Source of the DNA: Candidatus Woesearchaeota archaeon
GTDB lineage: Archaea; Nanobdellota; Nanobdellia; Pacearchaeales; GW2011-AR1
DNA: 44,267 bases
Direction: 5' to 3'
Assembly (NCBI GenBank): GCA_964372815.1
Contig: CAYJSG010000001.1
Location: 1 to 44,267 of the forward strand
Part shown: in pieces, positions 36,655-43,150 of the stretch
Layout: every line of letters starts with the position of its first letter
Numbering within the stretch: the first letter of the stretch is position 1
Translations under genes and position numbers: made by a program
Notes under the pieces: model-generated
Database searches by the model: none
What the model was told of the DNA's origin: nothing
What the model saw: only the letters and a program-made list of their open reading frames with translations

Positions 36655-36992
36655 GCAATATTAAAATTTAGCAGGTTTAAATAGATTTTCTATTCTTTAT
36701 GAGAATCAATGGAAAAGATTCTACTGAAAAAGCGGAGAAATTATTATTTTTTGCTGAGGAAAAATTTAAAGATTTAAAGATTTAAAGTGGACAGGTTTAA
36801 AGTATGCTTGATGGTGCTCGAGCTATTTTAGAAAAACGATTATCTAAAATACTAAAAAATCATGAATTAATTTCCAGAAAAGTAAGAATTATAATAGAAG
36901 ATTAATATTTATGCAACACTGCATATCCATAATAAAAAATCTTATACTTACTGCTAGGAAAACTATAAAAATACTCTAAACTGTATATTGAA

Positions 36993-37865
36993 ATGGACTT
37001 ACATAATGAGCATAAAAGACATCGGCACATACTTTACCTTTCAGTTGTATTTTTGTTTATATTTCAGATAATTTCATTTGTGATGATTAGCGCACAATTT
37101 TCAAAACTTAATGCAAAATTAAACACTGAAATAAAAAGAGTTGAAACAAATCTGACTAGTTATTTTATTGAGCTAATGGAAAATTATAATTCTGAAAATC
37201 AAAGAAATTTTAGGGATGTTTCCTTGGCATTGGCACAGCAGGCGGCACAACAGCAAAGTTTTGAGAAAGAAATAGTATTAATTAAATCTTCTCAACAGGA
37301 TTTTTCAAGCATAGTTGACGATTCTATAAAATCAGTTGTTGCTGTTTTAACTGAAAGATCTATGGGAAGCGGCTTTATCATTAATCCTAAAGGATATGTT
37401 GTAACTAATTATCATGTTGTGCAAAAAGAGGAAGAGATAAAAATTCTGACGCAAGATAAAAGATTGATAGCAGCAGAAATTGTTGGCTTTGATAGATTAA
37501 GAGATTTAGCTTTATTAAAAATAGAGGGGGAATATGATAGTTTGGAGATGGCAAGAAATGAAAATGTTCAGGTTGGAAGAAAGGTAATTGCTATAGGCAA
37601 TCCCTTGGGATTATCCTTTACTGTGACTGAAGGGATAATATCTGCTATCAATAGAGAGGGCCCTAATGGACTTGAAGAATATGTGCAGACTGATGTTTCT
37701 TTGAATCCTGGGAATTCTGGAGGGCCTTTAATCGATACTGAAGGAAAGGTTGTTGGGATGAATAATTTTAAAGTGGGGGGTGCAGAAAGTTTAGGTTTTG
37801 CTCTTGAAAGTGAGGCTATAAAAAAATCTGTTAATTCTATTGTTGGACAAAATATAATAAAATGA
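36993..37865 (+). CDS. Membrane-anchored trypsin-like serine protease (HtrA/DegP family, no PDZ domain seen)
   Basis: N-terminal TM. Catalytic triad contexts VTNYHVV, RDLALLKI and GNSGGPLID. Confidence 0.8.
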   Translation: MDLHNEHKRHRHILYLSVVFLFIFQIISFVMISAQFSKLNAKLNTEIKRVETNLTSYFIELMENYNSENQRNFRDVSLALAQQAAQQQSFEKEIVLIKSSQQDFSSIVDDSIKSVVAVLTERSMGSGFIINPKGYVVTNYHVVQKEEEIKILTQDKRLIAAEIVGFDRLRDLALLKIEGEYDSLEMARNENVQVGRKVIAIGNPLGLSFTVTEGIISAINREGPNGLEEYVQTDVSLNPGNSGGPLIDTEGKVVGMNNFKVGGAESLGFALESEAIKKSVNSIVGQNIIK

Positions 37866-38140
37866 AACTAAAAATAAAGCCCTCTTTGAGAATTAAAAAG
37901 AGATATCTTTTATTGGAAGGAGAGAAAGAAGAGGTGGAAAAGGCTATTTTGGATTATGTTGGAATTCTAGGCTGGGCAAGAGCAGGAGTGGTTTTTGTTA
38001 AAACGAAAAATAATAAATTAGTTCTAGGGGTAGATAGAAAAGAAATTGAAGATATAAGGGCTGCTTTGGAATTATCAAATAAGAGCATTAAAGTTTTAAG
38101 AGTTTCCGGGACGATAAAAGGGCTGCAGAGAACATTCTGA
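37862..38140 (+). CDS. rnp2: RNase P protein component 2 (Pop5/Rpp14 family)
   Basis: KPSLRIKKRYLLLEG N-terminus and C-terminal VLRVSGTIKG are typical of archaeal Pop5. 92 aa. Confidence 0.65.
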   Translation: MKLKIKPSLRIKKRYLLLEGEKEEVEKAILDYVGILGWARAGVVFVKTKNNKLVLGVDRKEIEDIRAALELSNKSIKVLRVSGTIKGLQRTF

Positions 38141-38153
38141 CATACTCCAACCA

Positions 38154-38280
38154 CTAAAGTGATTGGGTTCTAAAGTTGCTTGGTTTCACAAGCAGAGCTT
38201 CTTTAGGGGTATCAGTGTTCCCTTTCTGCAAATCACTTTCTTTGCAGAAATAAAAGCTCTCTCTTGTTCTTCTTAGCCAT
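38154..38280 (-). pseudogene. Possible ribosomal protein L40e-like reading frame broken across three frames
   Basis: AGAGGT-N5-ATG at 38280 gives MAKKNKRE... and stops after 15 codons. The next frame reads ERAFISAKKVICRKGTLIPLKKLCL and a third reads VKPSNFRTQSL. Recalled archaeal L40e: [31 protein letters not shown]. Confidence 0.25.
38223..38250. other. Perfect 10-bp inverted repeat (TTTCTGCAAA-N8-TTTGCAGAAA)
   Basis: Read directly: arms at 38223-38232 and 38241-38250, with loop tcactttc. Confidence 0.85.
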
Positions 38281-38413
38281 TTCAACCTCTTTTTTACTAT
38301 TCTAATTAAGATTTTCTACTTTAAATTTATTTTGATTTCCCATTTTCTAACCTGTTAAATTTATAATGCGGCTGCAGAGAAAGATTTAACTATTCTTGTT
38401 TTTTATTTTATAT

Positions 38414-38887
38414 ATGGACAAAAAAGGTGACTTTAGCCTGCCATTTGGAGTTATATTCTCAATTATTGTAATAATCGCTATACTAGGAGTTGCTTTTTAT
38501 GTTTTAATTAATTTTGTTAAACTTGGGAAATGCACAGATATTGGCTTATTTTATAACGAGCTAAAAACAGAAATTAATAAGGCTTGGAGAGCACCAATAA
38601 GTGAAGAAATATTAGAAGGAAAATTGCCCAGTGATGTAGAATTAGTCTGTTTTGGGAACAGAAGTGTAAGCGCAGAAAGAGAGTATAATGAAGTATATAG
38701 AAAGTTAGTCAGGGGAGATGATAATATATTTTTATATCCTTCGCAGAAAGCATGTGATAGTAATTTGAACTCAATAAAATTAGAACATATTACATTTGAT
38801 TCTTTCTTTTGTATTCCTGTAGAAAATGGAAAAGTTAAGATAGAAACTAAAAAAACTGTAGAGGGGCTGGTAAAGATAAAGAAGTGA
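38414..38887 (+). CDS. Secreted/pilin-like protein with a class III (prepilin-type) signal peptide, 4 Cys
   Basis: MDKKG|DFSLPFGVIFSIIVIIAILGVAFYVLI: a short basic leader, then Gly, then a long hydrophobic helix. ATG at 38414 is preferred over TTG at 38396. Confidence 0.5.
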   Translation: MDKKGDFSLPFGVIFSIIVIIAILGVAFYVLINFVKLGKCTDIGLFYNELKTEINKAWRAPISEEILEGKLPSDVELVCFGNRSVSAEREYNEVYRKLVRGDDNIFLYPSQKACDSNLNSIKLEHITFDSFFCIPVENGKVKIETKKTVEGLVKIKK

Positions 38888-38888
38888 A

Positions 38889-39305
38889 ATGGTTAACATA
38901 TTATTTTTGTGTAAATATAACCGGTTTAGAAGCAAGTATGCTGAAGCGTACTTTAGGAAATTTTATAAAGATATAAAAGTAAGAAGTGCTGGAATAATAA
39001 GAGGGGGTTATCCTTTAGATTCAGATCAGGTTTCTATTGCGAAAGAAAGAGGAGTAAGTCTAAAGGGTAGACCAAGAGGAATAAGCACTAATTTACTAAA
39101 ATGGCAGGATATTCTTATAATTGTTGCAGATGACGTGCCTTCTGAATTATTTAATAATGAAGAATATGGTAAAAAGCTAATTGTTTGGAATATTCCTGAT
39201 GTAAAAAGTAAGAAGAAAGAAGAGATAAAAAGGATAATGATAAATATAGAAGAGAATGTTAATGTCCTGATTAGGGAGCTGAAATATGGAAAAAAGAGGA
39301 TTTGA
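38889..39305 (+). CDS. Low-molecular-weight protein-tyrosine phosphatase / ArsC-like phosphatase
   Basis: ILFLCKYNRFRS carries the CX5R(S/T) P-loop at the N-terminus. 138 aa. Confidence 0.8.
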   Translation: MVNILFLCKYNRFRSKYAEAYFRKFYKDIKVRSAGIIRGGYPLDSDQVSIAKERGVSLKGRPRGISTNLLKWQDILIIVADDVPSELFNNEEYGKKLIVWNIPDVKSKKKEEIKRIMINIEENVNVLIRELKYGKKRI

Positions 39306-40239
39306 ATTTAGCTTTGGATGGATTTTTGCGATAATTGTAGGGGCTGCAATAATTTTTCTCGCAGTTTATGCAACTGTCAAAATTATAGGAACAGAAAGGT
39401 ATAGGCAGGATAGTGAACTTGCTAAAGAATTGGGGATTATATTGGGCCCTGTAGAAACCATATTAGAAAGTGGAAAAACAGCTAAGATAAAACTTCCTGT
39501 AACAACAAGGCTTTTTAATGAATGTGATTCGAAATTATCTGCAGGAATTTTTGGAACACAAAAAATCGGAACTGCTACGAAATCTGGAATTGGAAAAGAG
39601 TGGGAGAAACCAGGAGAATTCTCATCGTTTAAGAGCAAATATATATTCTCTTCAAATATTGTTGAAGGAGACTCTTATCTAATTTTTGCGATTCCATTAA
39701 ACATGCCTTTTAAAATTGCTGACTTGATTTATATCTTATCTGATGAATATTGTTTTGTTAACCCTCCTAGAGAAGTTGAGGAAGAGATTAAGGAGTTAGG
39801 ATTAGACAGTATTAAGATCGAAATTAGTGTTAATAAATGTTCAAGCAGAAGTAAGAAGATTTGTTTTTCTAATACTGGCTGTGATATTGATGTGGCTTTA
39901 GATGCTGATAAATTTAAGGGGAGTGTAAAAAGGAAATTTTCAGAGATAGTTTATTTTGAAGGAGAGCCCTTGTTGTATGGAGCTATATTTGCTGAGCCTA
40001 AAATTTATGAATGTCAGCTAAAAAGATTAATGAGAAGGGCATCTGAATTGGCTGGATTATATAGGGCAAAAAGTGTATTTTTAACTCCTAAAGGATGTGC
40101 ATCTAATCTAGAATTAGAGCTTGGAAGATATAATAATGGAACGATAAATATAGAAAATTCTTTGAAAATAAGAGATATAGCTATAATAAGTGATGAAATA
40201 AAAAGGAGGAATGATGAACTTGCGTGTAAATTATTCTAA
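39286..40239 (+). CDS. Pilin-like protein with a class III signal peptide, Cys-rich ectodomain
   Basis: MEKRG|FEFSFGWIFAIIVGAAIIFLAVYATV. The N-terminus is paralogous to that of 38414. Multiple Cys in the ectodomain. Confidence 0.5.
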   Translation: MEKRGFEFSFGWIFAIIVGAAIIFLAVYATVKIIGTERYRQDSELAKELGIILGPVETILESGKTAKIKLPVTTRLFNECDSKLSAGIFGTQKIGTATKSGIGKEWEKPGEFSSFKSKYIFSSNIVEGDSYLIFAIPLNMPFKIADLIYILSDEYCFVNPPREVEEEIKELGLDSIKIEISVNKCSSRSKKICFSNTGCDIDVALDADKFKGSVKRKFSEIVYFEGEPLLYGAIFAEPKIYECQLKRLMRRASELAGLYRAKSVFLTPKGCASNLELELGRYNNGTINIENSLKIRDIAIISDEIKRRNDELACKLF

Positions 40240-40729
40240 AAGAGGGCAATTGAAAATACAGCAAATGGCATTTGTTTTAGTTGTAGTCATGATATTTTTT
40301 GCTATTATTGCCTTGATTTATTTTACAATTAGTTTATCAGATTTAAGAGGAAAAGCGCAGGAATTAAAAGAACAGGAGGCAAGTGAATTAGTAAGGAAGA
40401 TAGTTGGAACTAGTGAATTTATATGGAAGCGAGATTGCTCTAGCTGTATAGACCTAGATAAGGTATTTTTGTTAAAAGACAGGGCTTCTTATAAAGAGTT
40501 TTGGGAGCTAAACTTTCTACAAATAAAGAAGATTTATCCGACTGGTATAGGTGAATGTAATAAAGCGAATTATCCTAATTGTGATACTATAACTATAGTT
40601 GAAAATGGAGAAGTAGGAACGCCGAGCAGTGCTTATGTTTCTTTGTGCAGATGGGAGCAGGAAAAAGGAGGTTATGTTAAATGTGAAATTGGGAGAATAT
40701 ATGCAACAGCAAAAAAAATTGCAGAATAA
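40211..40729 (+). CDS. Pilin-like protein with a KRGQ-type class III signal peptide, 6 Cys
   Basis: MMNLRVNYSKRG|QLKIQQMAFVLVVVMIFFAIIALIYF. AAGGAGGA Shine-Dalgarno directly upstream. 29-nt overlap with the previous gene. Confidence 0.5.
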   Translation: MMNLRVNYSKRGQLKIQQMAFVLVVVMIFFAIIALIYFTISLSDLRGKAQELKEQEASELVRKIVGTSEFIWKRDCSSCIDLDKVFLLKDRASYKEFWELNFLQIKKIYPTGIGECNKANYPNCDTITIVENGEVGTPSSAYVSLCRWEQEKGGYVKCEIGRIYATAKKIAE

Positions 40730-41222
40730 GGGGCAGGAAGAAATAGTTGGATTTGTGGCGGTAGTTGTAATTGTAGCAGTTATCTTTGTTATATTTTTAG
40801 GAATAATTGTAAGGCAGAATATAGGTGAGAAATTTGTTGAGGGAAGAGATGTGCAACAGTTTTTAGAGAGTATAATGCAATATACAAGTGATTGCGCTTT
40901 GGGATATGAACCTAATTATGCTAAATTGGAAGAGATTATAAGAGAATGTTATAAAAGCGATAGAAAATGTATCTCTGGAGAAAAAGCTTGCGAGATAGTT
41001 AATAAAACTCTAAGTGAAATTATTGAAAATAGTCTTACAATTAACAATGTGAGTAGTGTTTCTGGATATGAATTTGAAGCTTTATATTCAACAAATATAA
41101 GCCAAGAAAGTTTTCTTTATATTAGAAAAGGGAATTGTGAGAAAAGTGTCATAGGGGGCGAAATAATAAGCCCTGCATTTCCTGGGACAATCAGACATGT
41201 TTTGAAGCTTTGTTATAGATAA
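40701..41222 (+). CDS. Pilin-like protein with a KGQ-type class III signal peptide, Cys-rich
   Basis: The internal ATG at 40701 (GGGAGA upstream) gives MQQQKKLQNKG|QEEIVGFVAVVVIVAVIFVIFLGII. 29-nt overlap with the previous gene. Confidence 0.5.
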   Translation: MQQQKKLQNKGQEEIVGFVAVVVIVAVIFVIFLGIIVRQNIGEKFVEGRDVQQFLESIMQYTSDCALGYEPNYAKLEEIIRECYKSDRKCISGEKACEIVNKTLSEIIENSLTINNVSSVSGYEFEALYSTNISQESFLYIRKGNCEKSVIGGEIISPAFPGTIRHVLKLCYR

Positions 41223-41301
41223 TGTGTGTTGAGGGCTGAAAATTGATTGAACTTTCAGAAACCCAGAAGCTTTAAATACTATTGTATTAAAATATATACA
41301 T

Positions 41302-41880
41302 ATGTATCAAATAAGAAACAAAGAACTTAATGTAATTGCTCTTTATAGTGGAAATTATGGCACTAAATTTTATTTAAGACAAATAAGCAGACTTGCCAAA
41401 CTTCCTCTTAAAACTTGTCAGAACACTCTTGTAAATCTTGAAAAAGAAAGAATACTGAAAAGTAAGGTAGAAGGAAAGAATAAGTATTTCAGCCTAAATT
41501 TAGACAATATACAAACTAAATCATATCTCTTAAAAGCAGAGATCTATAAAACTGATAACTTTTTAGAAAAATATTCTGAATTTAAAACTTTCTTAAAATC
41601 TCTCCATACAAATATTCTCTTAATTATTTTTGGGAGTTTTGCTAAATCTAAAGCGGACAAAGATTCGGATTTAGATTTATTTGTTGTTTCAGAAAAGGAA
41701 CAAAAACTACCCTTTCACCTTTTACCCTATAAGGTTCATCAGGTTAATTTATCAGAAGAATCTTTTAAAAAAGCAATATCTAAAAAAGAAACCTTGATAA
41801 AGGAGGCAGAAGAAAATCATATAATCTTAAATAACCACTCTTCTTATATAAATATAATGTGGGAATATTATGGGGGATAA
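41302..41880 (+). CDS. Nucleotidyltransferase (MNT-type) with an N-terminal winged-HTH domain
   Basis: FGSFAKSKADKDSDLDLFVV matches the GSx10-ish DxD minimal NTase motif. The N-terminal LRQISRLAKLPLKTCQNTLVNLEKERIL looks wHTH-like. Confidence 0.7.
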   Translation: MYQIRNKELNVIALYSGNYGTKFYLRQISRLAKLPLKTCQNTLVNLEKERILKSKVEGKNKYFSLNLDNIQTKSYLLKAEIYKTDNFLEKYSEFKTFLKSLHTNILLIIFGSFAKSKADKDSDLDLFVVSEKEQKLPFHLLPYKVHQVNLSEESFKKAISKKETLIKEAEENHIILNNHSSYINIMWEYYGG

Positions 41881-42339
41881 AAAACTTGGTTGGTGCTTTA
41901 GATTAAAAGACGGATTAAAAATAGTTGAGCCAAATGAAAGATTATCAAAATCATATCTGAACAAGCTAAATCTTCTTTGCTGAGAGCAGAAAAAGATTTG
42001 AATGATAAAGATTTTCTATGGGCGACTGTTGCTATTTATTATGCTGAATATTATGCTCTTTATTCTTTTCTGCAAAAAATCGGAATAAAATGTGAAAATT
42101 ATGCTTGTTCAATTTTAGCAGTTACTCTGTTCTTAGGAGAAGATAAAACAAAAACAATAAATCAGTATAAGGATAAGAGAATAGATGCACAATACTATAT
42201 GAAAGTAGACCAAGAGAGCAAAATAATGGTTATGCTGCAAGAAGCAAAAATATTTGTATCAAATTTTGATGAAGTTGCTTCTAAATTGTCTGAAGATGAA
42301 ATAAAAGTATATAGAGAAGCGATTTCTAAGAATAAATAA
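41870..42339 (+). pseudogene. HEPN-domain protein, apparently frameshifted (1-nt deletion near 41959)
   Basis: ATG at 41870 overlaps the MNT stop (ATGGGGGATAA) and reads MGDKKLGWCFRLKDGLKIVEPNERLSKSYL. The sense continues in the -1 frame as EQAKSSLLRAEKDL...KRIDAQYY (R-x4-Y HEPN-type motif). Confidence 0.5.
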
Positions 42340-42395
42340 AATCTTCTTCTTTAAGAAAAAAGAAGCAAAAAATACTGCCCAAAATTTATCGGCAG

Positions 42396-42755
42396 TTAAA
42401 TTTTAAGATTAATATGAATAGAATCTACTACCAGAATAGGTTTAAGACGTTCTCTTTTGCCGCTTTTTTCTGCTATCAAGTCTATAAATCCGAATCTCTC
42501 TAGTAATTTTATGTCTTCTATAACTGACTTAAAATCTCTTTTTAAGAGTTTTGCTAATTGATATATTGAGCCTGGTTGTTTTGTTTTTATAATATGTAAT
42601 AAACGGGCCTTCTCGTTTGAAAGAAGCCTTCTTAAAGCTGAAATGCCCTCAAAATCATAATCTGTTTTTTCTCCTGTGAGTCTTTTGAAAAATACGCTAA
42701 ATGTTCCAGAATTATCTAGGATAGATATATCTCTTGTTTTTGATTTGAATGCCAT
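42396..42755 (-). CDS. Winged-helix transcriptional regulator
   Basis: ARLLHIIKTKQPGSIYQLAKLLKRDFKSVIEDIKLLERFGFIDL is a typical wHTH. 119 aa. Confidence 0.6.
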   Translation of the reverse strand: MAFKSKTRDISILDNSGTFSVFFKRLTGEKTDYDFEGISALRRLLSNEKARLLHIIKTKQPGSIYQLAKLLKRDFKSVIEDIKLLERFGFIDLIAEKSGKRERLKPILVVDSIHINLKI

Positions 42756-42827
42756 TTTAATATATGGTTTTTAATACCCTATATTTTTAATTTTAATTAG
42801 TTTATATAATTTTTGTTTTTATAGATT

Positions 42828-42858
42828 AATATATATGGTTAAGAAAACCATATATATT
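42828..42858. promoter_or_regulatory. Perfect 13-bp inverted repeat AATATATATGGTT-N5-AACCATATATATT, candidate operator
   Basis: Read directly. It lies about 75 bp upstream of the wHTH start (42755) in the divergent spacer shared with the S-layer gene. Confidence 0.5.
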
Positions 42859-43089
42859 GAAATTTTATGATGGCGATAAAATTTTTTAAGTTTTTAATCT
42901 ATGTTGTTACTTTAAGTAGTTACGCAAGATTTATAAATAAACTTTATTCTTAAGTTTGAATTTAGTGATATTTTTAAAAAAATGGGCAAAGCTTTTTAAA
43001 GGAAGTGAAAGTATCTTCTATAATCTAAAATACGATGGTGTTGGACAAAAAATTCAACGCTTGCGGCGGGTTGTTAATTAAAGAACAAC

Positions 43090-43104
43090 TTCCTCTAAGA
43101 GGAA
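43090..43104. promoter_or_regulatory. 15-bp perfect palindrome TTCCTCTAAGAGGAA in the S-layer gene leader
   Basis: Read directly. It lies 47 nt upstream of the ATG and is embedded in overlapping stems. Confidence 0.4.
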
Positions 43105-43150
43105 CCCTATGGGGTTGCCAAGAGAATAAAATGAAAGGAGGTTATTTAAA

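Noticed and set aside
38141-38395. RNase P RNA or another known structured RNA next to the Pop5 gene
   Set aside because: The region is too short. I could not find the conserved P4 strand (GGAAAGTCC-like), tRNA T-loop or anticodon features, or C/D boxes. Only a generic hairpin is present, so it is kept as an unexplained segment and not called as an RNA gene.
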